DNA of 64,000 nucleotides from Schmidtea polychroa. Its lineage: Eukaryota. Positions within the stretch are counted from its first letter, which is position 1. Each line of letters begins with the position of its first letter. Positions 35,347-49,600 of the stretch are shown piece by piece. The stretch spans positions 106,494,397 through 106,558,396 of the forward strand of contig CM097887.1 in the NCBI GenBank assembly GCA_044892525.1, read 5' to 3'. The notes beneath the pieces were generated by a model. It was not told where the DNA came from, searched no databases, and saw nothing but the letters and a program-made list of their open reading frames with translations. The position numbers and the translations under genes were made by a program.

Positions 35347-38300
35347 TCCAATAGTTTTATCAGCAAAATAACGCAATTTCATCATTAAATCCTTAATGGA
35401 CACTAAGAGTTCATTACCAAATAAAGATATATTGTAGATTTAAATATTTTGCCGAAGTTTTGTAATAATGAAGGAAACATTTTCCAAAACAAAGGAGAAA
35501 AAGCTCAAAAGAACTTATGGATACACTCCTGAAGTAGAACTTGTAATTCCTTCCAGACTTCATGATAAGTCGGAAGATTTCTTTGTTGTAGCTGAAAAAA
35601 ATGAAACCAGTTTGGTTAAAGGTAATGTGATTTATTGGAGGTTATTGAAGTTATACTTGATTCTTGGTATTAAAATCATATGTGAAATTGAGCTGTAAAG
35701 TTTAAACAAACTCCTACTTTTTAAAAAAAAGACATTAATCGAGAGTTAGACCCAAAAGTACAAACACTTTAGATGCTATTACTATATCTATATATTANNN
35801 NNNNNNNNNNNNNNNNNNNNNNNNNNNNNNNNNNNNNNNNNNNNNNNNNNNNNNNNNNNNNNNNNNNNNNNNNNNNNNNNNNNNNNNNNNNNNNNNNNNN
35901 NNNNNNNNNNNNNNNNNNNNNNNNNNNNNNNNNNNNNNNNNNNNNNNNNNNNNNNNNNNNNNNNNNNNNNNNNNNNNNNNNNNNNNNNNNNNNNNNNNNN
36001 NNNNNNNNNNNNNNNNNNNNNNNNNNNNNNNNNNNNNNNNNNNNNNNNNNNNNNNNNNNNNNNNNNNNNNNNNNNNNNNNNNNNNNNNNNNNNNNNNNNN
36101 NNNNNNNNNNNNNNNNNNNNNTAGTAGGAGCATTATTTAAATGTTAAACAAGTAAATGATGATATTATAAAGATTATATTTTAATAGAAAATTATTTCAT
36201 TTTATAAAATATATACTTTGCAGCAAAAGACTTATATTATCATTTAGTTGTTTAATATTATTATTTTAATATTTATCAATATTCATTTTTTTTAATAATT
36301 TTTACACGAAAATGAAATGTAATTTGTATGAAACTGTAATTTACTGAGAAAATACAAAATAGTTCGTGTTATTTTCCGCTTTTGATGATAATTATTCAAA
36401 ATGTCAGAACCGTCTAGTGTATATTAATTGTTTTCAAATTTTAATTATAGAACTAAATTTAAAAGTATAAAATATTTACTCTAGCTTATTAAATAATCTA
36501 TGAGAAAAGCGTTGAACCAACTCTTTTTCTCAAACAGATATTTTGAAAAATAATAATAATTTAAGTCTTTTGCTCCGATTTATATAATTTTTTCCTTATT
36601 GTAATAAATATATGATTCACAGCAAAAGACAATTTGTCATTTAATTGTTTAACATTTAATTAAAGTCGCCACCAAGAAATCATNNNNNNNNNNNNNNNNN
36701 NNNNNNNNNNNNNNNNNNNNNNNNNNNNNNNNNNNNNNNNNNNNNNNNNNNNNNNNNNNNNNNNNNNNNNNNNNNNNNNNNNNNNNNNNNNNNNNNNNNN
36801 NNNNNNNNNNNNNNNNNNNNNNNNNNNNNNNNNNNNNNNNTATCAGAATACAATATCAGAAGCAACCAAATATAGAGTATCATATCGGTTTAATAAAAAA
36901 GATCTTACGAAAATTAATTAAGTTATAATTAACATGACCTTGCTAACAATGACATAATGCGTGACTCTAATGCTAAAGCGGTTCACTAACAAATCTATTG
37001 TTTATACTTAATATATTATTATGTTATTGTTGATATATTAATTATATGTTTTATTTTTTCATTATATTTTTTGAACTTTCCAAACAGAAAAGTCTGATTA
37101 AATAAATTACTTTGTATGAACGTTTTACTCACCATTAAATTTTATTATAATTTATTAATCGTCTATTAATCACAGAAAAAATATAATTAATTAAAGAGTA
37201 TTGTGTAAATGGGTTTTATTTAATCAAAGATGCTTCACCGATATATTAGATCAAATATTCACTAAAACCTCTACTATTGTATCTGTCATTTATACGTTTA
37301 TTTTAGAAATGTTGAAACATATGAAAAATTTCCATCCAAATTCAAACATATAGTATATTCCTTTTACAACTTTTATTGTGCTATTTTAATTTATTTTATA
37401 TTTATAAGGAACAGGTAAGAAAGAAAAATTTATTATTGTGATCTAAAACAAATCCATAATGTACAAATATTTTTAAATGTATATAATTTATTATCATATG
37501 AATATCTCTCCCCAGGGTAAATAATTCATATGATCCAAATTCTTTCAAGTAAATTTTTTCATTCAGTCATGTTTTTTCCGTCTATCATACTTGTTATGTG
37601 TTAAATAATGAATTCTAGACTCAGCCATATTTAACAAAGTCAGGATAATTCCGTGATTTTCATTTTTCTGTGTAATTCTCTTTAATTAATTGTATCTTTT
37701 TTTTCTCTTGCCTAATATTTCAAATTATCATTCACTTAACATAAATTATATATCAAAATTGAAGAAAGTAACATAAATACAATCACTTTACATTGAAATT
37801 TCTTATACAAATTTCCTTGAATTTATTTGTGTATTTTGCAATTTTAATTTGATTTTCATAAAGGTTTTTAATTTTTATTGTGAAATATGAATAAACAGCA
37901 TTACCAGTCAATATTTGTTTAGATGATAATTAGTAAAGTTAATGTTTTTTATTTTATTCTCAAAAAAGGTGTTAACTATAATTTATTTGATAATTAATTA
38001 ATAAAATGAATTCGTTTACCTGAATTTTAATATCATGTCACAAAGTTTGAATGTTTATTTCTATTGTAATGTTAAAAAGTTAATTTTCTAAGACACAAAA
38101 TATGAAATGGCCCACAGCTAATTTATTCCCTTGTAAAAAGTGCTATAAGCAAAATACAAATTTTTGGCAAGTTAAGTCGTATTTTCTTAAAAATTAAAAT
38201 TAGTAATATTTAGATATTTTCAAGTCTTGTTGTAATTATTGGAGATTGTAAAATAGTTTCGAAAAAAAACAAATTATTTCTTGACATGTCATGCAAAATA

Positions 38301-41177
38301 TATTCGTGTTATAGAAAATTTTATTTATGGTAGAATATTTTGATCTTTTTGGTATCGATTATATTCACAAAGAATAATTATTTTTTAATTCATAATAAAC
38401 AATGTAAAATAATTTTAATTAATTATAATGATTTTTCTTTAATTTTTTATTTTATTAATTAAAAATGAATTGACAACAGTTGATAAATATATGCCGAAAA
38501 ATTTATGGTTATTCATAATAATTATTCTTATCTATTTTGCTCTAATCTTACCAAAATTATTAAAAAAATTTAGATTTTAAAATGTGAATTTCCATAAGTG
38601 ATTAAAGAAACAAAATAAGATTTGAGGGATTTTGAAGAAAAGAAATAACATCTTTACTAATTTTTAAAATTTTTAGTATGTTCAAAAATGACAACTGAGA
38701 AAAATAATTTAATTCCATTTGAAAGTATTTTGAGAATGCAAAAGTATATTTTAACAAATCAAGGAAAGTTTCTAAATCATTTGCGATATATGACTTGTTA
38801 TAGGAATCATTCTTCATCGGTAATGAATAACTTTCTTTTGATAATTTAAAAAAGTTTTCCACTGATTCACAGATATTCCTTTGAGTACCATCCAAAATAA
38901 TCATTGAATTTAAGAATTTATTTTCAAGATTAATGCCGATTCATATTTGGTAGCAGGAAAATTTGTAATAATTCTTGGACTGTTAGTCATATTATGTTAA
39001 TAATTATATTTCAATAACAAAATCTATTTTATGATCTTTTGATCGAAAAATAGATTTGCAGAAATCGATAAGTAATATACTTAAAAGAGACAATAATCAA
39101 ACTTAAATTTACATCCAATGTAGTTCAAACAAATTTAATAAAATCATTCAGCTAACATTCATACATTAATCAATATTCATAACGAAAATGATTAATTTAA
39201 TTATTAATTAACTTTCTGGTAATTTAATAATTTAAATTCATTTATTATCACAATCTTGAATGTATAAAATGAGTAAAATACATCGTTAAATTTTTATATT
39301 AGTTATAGTATTAAAAAATGTTATAAAAAATATTAACAGTCTATTTTTTCTTTTGATTTTCTTGTAAATTTAATTCTTGTTTGTGGAAAATTTGTTAAGC
39401 AAAATGTAGGATGTTAAGAATTAAAATACTTTATGTTTGGTTACCAAGTGTTAAATCATGGTTAAAAGAATAAATTTAAGTTTTTTAATTACTTTTTCAA
39501 ACGTAAATCATGTAAACTTGTTATGCTAAGTCAATCGAAAGGTTCTTAGCGAGTCTTAAGTCATATTTAATGAAAAAAAAATTATTAGTTTGTGAAAGGT
39601 TCCTTTTGAGAATGTAAAAAATAATGAATTTTTCTAAATTTTTAATCATGTTAAATTAAATGCAATGATAACAAAATCGTTAATGAAGAAATCATTTCAA
39701 AAATTAAAAAAGATTTTGTATCATATCATAAATGTCTCTGAAAATAAATGAATCATTTAATCATAAATTAAATGAAAAGATGTTTCAGCAAACGGTTTGA
39801 TAACTATTAATAAAAATATTATCATGTTCTTATTTTTATTGGTGGATTTTAATAAAAAAATTGTCGGTGTACTAATAAAAGATTTCCGTTTTTACTTGAC
39901 TCAACGCAATCAAGTTATAATTCAATCGCACTGGAACTTTATCATGATACAGTAGAAATCACTTAAACCAAACATTTGCAGGGCCAAAAATGTTTGTTTT
40001 ATTAAAACGATTTTTAGTTTAAGCATTTCGAAATTCAAATTCATTTTTATTTTAAATATACAGGTAATTAAATGCAAAAAAATACCACAAAAATAGAGAA
40101 ACATACTACGCGTCAATTTATTGACTCTTAGCAGTCTAACGGTTAAAATGAATTTACTATCAAAATTAATTATTTATTGCAATAATTATTTGGTGCTGAC
40201 ATTTGAATCTATTTTAATTAATTGTTTTGTTTTATTGTTTGCATTTGTTTTTTCTCCATCCTCTAATTTTTTCTTAAGAACTCAACTTTCGGCGATCAGT
40301 AACAATAATTTATTTCAATTTACCCCTACTTCCCAAAACTATTTAAATTAATTTAATAATCATATTTCTTTTAATTATTATTATTATTAAACAAAGTAAT
40401 GATAAGATACGTCTTTTTAGTAAATTTATACATAATAAAAGAATTTGCAGAAACAGATTATCTTAAAATTTATTGTTTTGAAATTTAATGATTTAATAAT
40501 TTTGAAAAGATTTGGTGAATCTTAAAAACAATTTATTTACAAGTGACAATAATAAAAATAACTCAAAATATAACATTTCTTTAGTAGGAACTCAGCAGAT
40601 CATATCATAATCATGTCAAGGCAAATATTATAAATTAATCCAGAGATTTATCAACAAATGCATCAATCATAAAATTCCAATTAAATTCCGTCTAATTTTG
40701 ATAAGATTTTGATTATAAATTTTAAAATTTCTCGTAGATTACTTCATCAATTTATAAATTTNNNNNNNNNNNNNNNNNNNNNNNNNNNNNNNNNNNNNNN
40801 NNNNNNNNNNNNNNNNNNNNNNNNNNNNNNNNNNNNNNNNNNNNNNNNNNNNNNNNNNNNNNNNNNNNNNNNNNNNNNNNNNNNNNNNNNNNNNNNNNNN
40901 NNNNNNNNNNNNNNNNNNNNNNNNNNNNNNNNNNNNNNNNNNNNNNNNNNNNNNNNNNNNNNNNNNNNNNNNNNNNNNNNNNNNNNNNNNNNNNNNNNNN
41001 NNNNNNNNNNNNNNNNNNNNNNNNNAAAATAATTTTGCAGGATTCTTATTATTTCTTTCAATGTAATAAAGATAATTGCCGCAGTTCATGAATTTTTGAA
41101 TTTTCTATGAAAATATTTAATTCAATATTTATTCTTCAAATTTTAATATTTCTTTGCATTCTAGTATACCCACGAAT

Positions 41178-41450
41178 ATGAGTAGTAAACCGAAGTAATC
41201 TAAAACTTATCACTTCAATGAAGAGTTGGACCTCGATTACTTTTTTACAATGGTGAATGATAAATGATGTTGTTTAATATGCCTTACCTCGGTAGCCATT
41301 GCTAAGAAGGGTAATCTGGAGAGACATAACAAGTATCAAACTGATTATCCACCAAATTCAGAACTGAGAAAACATAAAGTTAAAGATCTTAAAACTCGAT
41401 TAGCAAAAAAAGAAGTTTCTGTATTTTTTTAATGAAAATATAATGTAATG
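41178..41450 (+). mobile_element. hAT Charlie/Buster (EPM2AIP1/GTF2IRD2-like) transposase N-terminal remnant
   Basis: MSSKPK*SKTYHFNEELDLDYFFTMVNDK*CCLICLTSVAIAKKGNLERH...YPPNSELRKHKVKDLKTRL, with in-frame stops. Confidence 0.75.
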
Positions 41451-44400
41451 ACATTTATGTTAATAAAACGATAAGTGAAATAAAATAATAACTTGTTTAA
41501 AAATAATATTTTCATTACAAATTAATTTTAAATTTGATTTTATCTGTTATTTATTTTAATTTGTTATTAATTTTCAAATTTTATTTGTATGTGATTACTG
41601 TTTGACTTAGTTTTATGAAGCGTTGCGGTTGAAAAGATATGAAAATGTAGTCCTAGACTCGTGAACTGTTACCACTGACCTATATGAAAAGATTGGTATC
41701 AGTATTTTTCACGTTTATTCAAACAAAAACAAATTCAAAAGGAGTAATGTCAAGCTTCAAACTTGTTCGTTTTTCTAGTTAGAATTGCATTTTTGTTACA
41801 TTACATACGATTTTTGAGGACGCTCTTTCAGTTTCTGATATTTTCAGACAGGATAAATTAATATTTAAAAAACGGTGATTAAAAACCAAAACAGATATTC
41901 CTTAACATCGGAAAATCTGTAATATCTTGGTTAATGATAAATATTCAATTTTATATTTTATTATAACTTTGTTTTACTTACACCACTTAGGTACGTCTTA
42001 TATAGAATGAAATTTAAATTAAATAAAATCTAATTAATTTTCATTAAACTAATAATTGATAATATTCAATTTATTATGTATAATATGTCATTAGTATTGT
42101 GCTTTTCTGATAAGCATAGATGAACTGTTTAATACACTGACAAAATTGGTAACTGGCTCATTTGTTCTATGGTAATNNNNNNNNNNNNNNNNNNNNNNNN
42201 NNNNNNNNNNNNNNNNNNNNNNNNNNNNNNNNNNNNNNNNNNNNNNNNNNNNNNNNNNNNNNNNNNNNNNNNNNNNNNNNNNNNNNNNNNNNNNNNNNNN
42301 NNNNNNNNNNNNNNNNNNNNNNNNNNNNNNNNNNNNNNNNNNNNNNNNNNNNNNNNNNNNNNNNNNNNNNNNNNNNNNNNNNNNNNNNNNNNNNNNNNNN
42401 NNNNNNNNNNNNNNNNNNNNTAATTTATTATAACGTTTACTGATTATTAGAGTTAAATGACATAAAGATAATGATCAAATTATAGACATCTGAGTACATA
42501 AAAATTAAGAGTTTTGTTTGAACTACAAAAGACTATTATCTTACTTTAAACAGAAAAAAAATATAAAACAGCAAATGTTACTGCATAAATTATGGAATTA
42601 GTATCAGAAATATTTATCTATTGTTTGGAATAATACGTGAAATTCTAGTAATTGTATTATGTGTCGTATTTGCTGGTTAATTACTGATAGAGATCTGACA
42701 ATGAGGTAGCAGGTTTTTTACTTATTCCAAGTCTCTGCAGCATCAAGTTACACTAGATATGGCATATTTAGACAGCTTGTAATACAAATACAATTTGATC
42801 ATTCTTTTGTTAAATTTTATTTTTTTCTTAAATTTAAGAATGTCTATTTAGGAATTGTTTTTGATCAGTAATAAACACCGGTTTCTATGTGCTAATTGGA
42901 GTTGCAATATTTTTTCCCATTAATTGTTTTAAATGAAAGATTCCAATAAATACATATTTATAATACATATTTAAATTTCAAGTTACAGTGATTACTTTTT
43001 ACTAACCTTAATAGCCGGATTTCAGTAATTCTTAAACCTTAGTCCATCTTCCAGTTGTAACTATAATAATATAAATTTATATTCAATTTTCCTAACTTAC
43101 ATCTCCTTGAAAATACTCCTTATTTGAAATTCAGAGGTCTCCTTTCCCCACTATATAAAGTACTGACTTTTGTCGTTTATTTGAACAAGTTATAAATTCA
43201 TTATTTAATATTATCATAAATTCTACACATATTATAATTTCTTGTAGGTTTCTATTTATTCATTATTTTAAGAATATTTTATCGTTTATCAGTTTCATTT
43301 TGACATGGTTTGATTGCCTGGGCTACTCAAAATTGAGTATTTTGTGAGTTTAGAACTTAATTTCAATATAACTTTTGAGAATATTTAAAAAAAATCCTAA
43401 TTCATTTTTAAATAGATAATTAGCATAAAATAATTTAAAACGTTTGAAAAGAAAAATCTAGAAAAAATATCTATATTTATTAAAAATTCAGAAACAATCT
43501 CCACATTTTGAAACTGATATTTCAATAATAAAATGTTTTGTTAATGACATTTCAAGAGATTTTTATTTCTATTTATGATAATCTTTAGAAATAAAAAAGT
43601 CAAACTTTAGAGTCAGATATTCAAACAGCTGTCAGATTCATTTTATTAGCATGCATCGAAGGATGTTACGAACGAAGAAACGTTAAAATTCAAATTTGGT
43701 AGTCGAAGATCAAACCAAATATATTAGTATAGAATTATTTTAATTTAATTTACCATACTATTTTCTAAAACATCCTTTTTTAAATTTCATAAAAATCTAG
43801 GTTTTGGGTTAGTAAATAAGTTTGACTGCAAATAAATCATATTCCAACTCAATTAGTGTCCTTTATTATAAATAAAATAACTAAAACAATTTATCAACAA
43901 TGTGAGAACAATGTCAATCTGATCTGGCAAAAACAATTACGAATTTTATCCTTTTCCTTTAATATATATTAGGTTCTTTAATACAATTGCTAATATTTTC
44001 TACCGCTCTTCCTGAAAAATTACCCCTTGGGCACAATGACAATGAGTTTGCCATTATTTACATTTGACTCAATTGAAATTAATCAACTCCCAATTTGCTA
44101 TTTGACTTAAATACTTTCCCACAAATCTTCGTGCTTTTAAATTTTATTTTTCACAAATTTATACAATTCCAACATAAATAAAGTTTTATAATTTTTAAAA
44201 ATAGATTTTTATACAGTATCCCTTAAATCTTTATTAGAAAATAATATTTTCATGCATAATAATTAAGTTTATTTATAAATAATCAAGCCCAATGAAAATT
44301 CATGAAAATTATTTTGAAAAATTATTATTATTTAGTTTTAATAAAGAACAATTAACTCTAACGTCTGCTTATGTCAAAATTAATTAAATTAAAGCTACAA

Positions 44401-44540
44401 AAATATAAATTGAATAGTAAACTTAATTATTATGTCTGTTTCATGTATAAGACAATTTTAAATACTATTTAATAGTTAATCAAAGTGAATTTTGAATTTG
44501 AATTAATAAATTTAAACTATTATTTTATATTGACGCTTAA

Positions 44541-44772
44541 CCCTTTCGCACCGACTTTCCGCTAATGACACTATGCTAAATTTATATATTGGAACTTGTT
44601 AATATTGACCTAAATATGAAATATTCTCATTTTTGTAATCGTGGCGCTTCTGAATATCCTAGAATGTCCTGGGATAATAAGTCACAATAGGCTTTTATGG
44701 ACCATTCAAAATCATAAATGTTGAAAATGATGAAAGTTTCTGGGACGTATTGTCCCAATAGGGGCGAAAGGG
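44541..44772. mobile_element. piggyBac-type MITE, 232 bp
   Basis: TTAA-CCCTTTCGC ... GCGAAAGGG-TTAA: CCC-starting TIR with a TTAA target duplication. Confidence 0.85.
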
Positions 44773-47021
44773 TTAAATGAGAAGAGCAATTTCAAAAAAG
44801 AAAATTCAAAATCAAATTTTTAGATTTATAATATTTTACAGGTTAGTTTCTAAGTGGTCATTTGGAAGGGTCTTGAAACTTATTAAACTTTGGAATTTGA
44901 GTTTATAATATTCATTGAAATAGTTATAATGGAAATAGCAAAAATAGTCATAATTCAAAGAATCTGTTATTTGACAATATCCAAATAAAAATTATTTATT
45001 AACTCATTCAATATCCTGAGCAAGAAATATCATTCAATTTAAATAATAATTTTAATTGCCGTTAAATATTTGTGCACAATAATCTATTAATAAAGTTATA
45101 ATGAAAAGAAATTACTTGAATTTAATAGGCTTTTTTTAGTATATTTCTTTGGTTCAGGGAGTTATTTGAAAAAGATAACCGCGAATTTGTTATTTAAATG
45201 CACTCACTCGAAACGCCATTACAAATATTTATTATTAAAACAATTGATAATTAATAAACAATGAGTTATTTAATAATGTTTTTTGGGCTTGACCACAGTT
45301 TCGATTTTAATAAAAATATGTTACAGTAAAAATACATATTTACTAATATTATTAAATCTGTATTTGTTTAAATATACAATTTTTATTATGTCATGTTTAT
45401 TGTTCAAACTACTTCTTGATTCATCATTTTCTTAATTGGTTTAACAATTTTTTTCTGCAAACTTGATTCTTTTTTTTAGTTTTATTCAAAATTATCAATC
45501 TAGTGAATATTTTGTATCCGTTCTGTTATTACAATATAATTTTTAAACGACCAATAATATATAAAATACGACTAAAATCAGAATCAATTACCGTATATAC
45601 TCGCGTATAAGTCGAGAAATTTACGTCAAATTTTCAAGTCAAAACCTCTTAAAAACCTATTTAAGACTTTTTCTACTGTTAACTTTATTATAATCGTACT
45701 GGTTGGAATTAAAAATGCTCTTTCATTCAAATCTCTTGATACCGATTTTTATTTTTAAACTAACTTATCTTTTGAAATTAAATCTAACTGGTTAAATCAA
45801 AATAGATCAGCATGTTTTTTAGTCATGAAATTCGAAATAGTGAAATAGTTACGCGAAATTTTACAGAGTTTTAATAATGTCTTGGTAATAGGTTTTTGTT
45901 GTTTCAAGCAAGTTATATTCCAAAAATAAGTCAATTTTATAATTAGGGTTAGAATATTTACGATGTATATGCTTTCAAACAGTAGTTATTCATTGTGGCG
46001 GACTAAGTCTTAGTGGACTATGATGCACCATTGCGTATTAGAGGCAGTGGAGGTATTTGTTAAATTATTCTATGATCTGCGAGCCCCTTGTTCTTCTTGG
46101 TAACTATTTTTTTCAAAAACAAAATGTAATACCTTGAAATCATTTTCATAGATTTGTAAAGCGACGATTGTAAATTTTCTTGTAGTAGTATATTTAGTGA
46201 ATTATTTAGTGAATTTTATTTCTTTCTTTTATCCTAATGTATTTTGTCTGTTCTATTCCTTATTAATAAAATGTTGTTGTTTTTGTGTAAAATAAAACAT
46301 TTAATTAACATTATTTTGTTTTTTTATATGTCAGTCTCAGTGACACATTACTAGGGTACTAGTTCATACGATTCTCGAAAAATTAGCGAGCCCCTTGCTA
46401 ACAATTTCATAGCTCACCTCTGATTAGGAGTGATTAATGCATAAAATATAAAATTCCACATCTAGAATAACATTGACTTCACTAATGTATGCATTGTTAT
46501 CGTCAAACAATATATATATGGATAAGAATTATATTATTTTATTTTTTTCAAATAGTAGTTTCTTTTAATAATACTAGTTCAGGTCGAGGATTTCTATTAA
46601 ATCTTCAAAAAAAATTCCATAAATTACTCCTATTCTTATAACAAGTCAAAATTCAAAATAAATTTATTAGATCTTTTTAAATTTTAAACTTAAAATATTT
46701 TTTTAATTTTTAAAATTTATTAAATATTTATTATTAGTAAAATCTTTTACCATTTTCACCATTTTCATTTTCTTCATTTCAAAAAAAAGATCAAAGATTT
46801 TATTTTTTAAATAAAAAATATTAATTTTTATTCTGAAATGAAAATAATTAAAATTAACCCTTGAACACACAAAGGAATATTTTTTCTAAGAAAAGGTTTG
46901 ACTAACTCCATTACTGAAATTATTGGAAAATAATTCAGATAAAAAAATAGGATGGTATAGATTATTTCAATATGTATTAATAAAAAGTCATTATAAAATA
47001 AAAGAAAAAAAATCGACAAAC

Positions 47022-47799
47022 TTCGAGCATTTTCACGAATCCTTATAAGATTTGCAATAGTAGAATTCATAAATCCGTCGTCCGTTAACATGTGGATTTC
47101 GTCGCTAAGTTCCAGAAATTTAAATCCGTTTGTTTTAAAAATATCCATAATGGGTCTGGTTTGAAAGTTGCATTCATAGGAATCGAATTTGTGCCATATA
47201 TACCAAAATACAACAGTTGTATAAGACTTTGGAGACCAGTTAAAAGTAGCGAAAATCTTATCAAAAACTTGCTCCATATCTTTGTAGGTTCCCGATAACC
47301 GAGTAAGCATTGGATAGATTTCATTATTACTTAAATCTGACGCATGTCCTTGAGTGGTTAGAATTGGAATTTTATACCGATAAGAACTGTATCTGACGAC
47401 ATTGGCTAATAGAAAATCGTTCAACGGACCTAAAAGCACATTTGCTACGTGATCATTAAACATATCGATGGCTATTAATGGTCCTACTGCAAGACTGGAA
47501 TTGGAATCACTATAGGATATTGAAAATGTTGCATTTTTAAATAGATTCCTTTCATTCTTTACATTATCAATTGCAACATCAATTGCTGGTAAAACTTTTA
47601 TCAATTGGCATCGACTTTTAGAATCGTTTGGTAAAAGAACAGCAATTTTAATTTCAAAATTACTTTCAGTTGATTTGTCCAATGGCTTTATAATCCTTGT
47701 AATGTAAGACTTTTCCGCATGGCATAATGAACACAAATATAATATTATCAAGAATACAGCAAACTTGGAAAACATCAAAGATGACAATGAAAATTTCAT
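47022..47799 (-). CDS. Exon 1 of a natriuretic-peptide-receptor/receptor guanylyl cyclase-like gene (signal peptide plus ANF-receptor ligand-binding domain)
   Basis: Signal peptide MKFSL...LCHA; motifs IKIAVLLP, LPAIDVA, VLLGP, IPILT and YPMLTRL. GT donor after ENAR (phase 1) joins exon 2. NPR-A/B versus NPR-C type cannot be told from the ectodomain. Confidence 0.9.
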
Positions 47800-48993
47800 A
47801 GATTGAAACTATTTACTTATTCCCATGATTCTTTGAAAAATATTTCAAATAAAACCAAATCAATAATAAAGCATGGATTTCATTGGTTGCTGCAAAACCC
47901 AATCAGAATTCATATAATAAATAATTGCTTTTATTTTCAAAAAGGTATTTTAAAGGGCTTTTAGAAGCAAATTATTTTTTGAAATTAATGAAGTTAAAAT
48001 GAAATTATTTAAGATTTATTCATCCTTACTTTTAAACTTAAATATTTGTATTTTTTCAATTATTCCTTGAAAAGTTTCAAATAATATTTTTAATTAGAAT
48101 TAACAGTAGAAAGATTAATTCAAATTTAAATATAATAAATTTTTTAATTAAAATTTTGAAATTAATGATTAAAGAGTTTAGTCTAAGTAATAAATATTCA
48201 CCTAATTCATATATCTTTAAAATAGATTGATTTATAAAGACTAAACTTGAAATAAAAATACAATTAATTTTTGTTATTATTATTTAAATAATTTATTTAT
48301 TTAAGTACAACTTGTGAAAACTATTTTTATTTTTCAAAATTCAATAAAACTTTACTTAAAAATAATTTAAATAATCCTTATTTATTATCGTAATTGTATG
48401 TACAATTCCCTTTGAATATAATATTTTAAGTCTTAATCCTGCAATGCATAATTTTTTGTATGAAATTATAAAAAATATTTTCTTAATTAAAATTTTGTTT
48501 AAAAACTATGAAAGATAATTAATAAATTCTGGGGAGATAATTTTGATCTTTATTTACTGTATCTTTTAAACTTAAAACAACGCATATTACTCCGAAAATT
48601 TGATACATGTTTAATGAGAAATAATTTGAAGTTTTAAATTTTATACAACGAGCGTTGTAGTATTTAATCTATAACTATTTCAAATCAGTGAATGTTTTTA
48701 ATAAAAATTACAAAGTATTTTTTACATTTATGGTAAAAAACATGGAAAGCATTCTATTGATTTTGAGCCAATATAATTTGATTCAGAACCGATTGACCAA
48801 TAGAAAGATTTCATGGATATTTCAAATTCAGAAAGTTTATATAAAAATATTTTTTGACAAAGAAATTGGTTGTTTAATTTTATTAGTATAAATGGAGTCG
48901 AAAAATCTATTGTTAAGATAAATTAGGTTAATTTTTTTAAGTATTCAAATTTACCGACAGTATCTTTTATAAGGAATTGAACATTTATATATA

Positions 48994-49600
48994 CAGTAAT
49001 TCTCCCTATAACACGGTAGATTAATTAATTATATGATAACAAGTTGTACGAGAATTCTCTTACAACGCGCTCATATGACCCCGTATAATTATTAAAGTTT
49101 AATTTTTCTCGTTAAAGGGATTTAAATCGAATATTAGGGAACGAAATATGTGCGTTTATTTAAAATCAAACTAAGAATATTTTAATTAAAAAACGATTAA
49201 TTTCAAATAAATTACATAATTCCGAAAAAGTTTTATTACATGTTCATTCGCCGTCGAAGCAATCGGAAATAACGTTCCACCTATAAGGTTTCACCATTTG
49301 AATTTTTGTTATTTTCTTATTAAATAGAATATTTTCTTGTTCGTCTGTAATTATATAATATTTCACTTTCTAATGATTCTTCGTTTTCTAATTTATGTTT
49401 TTTCTGCATTTTTACATATTTTGCAAGATAGTATTGAAGATTTATTTTAAATTCGGTAGATCGTTCTATTGAAGAATCACAATTCGTAACAAGTATTTCC
49501 AATTGTTTGCCCAGTTTTACTATTCTATTCAGGTTTTCTATACATAAATTTTTGGCTACTTCGTCAATAACCTGCATTGAGCTTTCTTCAGCACTACTTA
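48994..49600 (-). mobile_element. pogo/Tigger-like transposase C-terminal remnant
   Basis: ORF 49320-49577 (...CDSSIERSTEFKINLQYYLAKYVKM...) resembles Tigger C-termini. A TA-CAGTAATTCTCCCTATAAC TIR-like end sits at 48994; I did not find the second TIR. Confidence 0.45.

Noticed and set aside
35468-35698. 76-aa ORF
   Set aside because: Short, no recognisable motif, and adjacent to transposon debris and a gap.
38602-38990. 100-aa minus-strand ORF as a possible receptor exon
   Set aside because: Exons 1 and 2 already join colinearly, the upstream extension is frameshifted, and there is no domain similarity.
35773-42443. ORFs in the track that span N-gaps
   Set aside because: They are artefacts of translating N runs as X.
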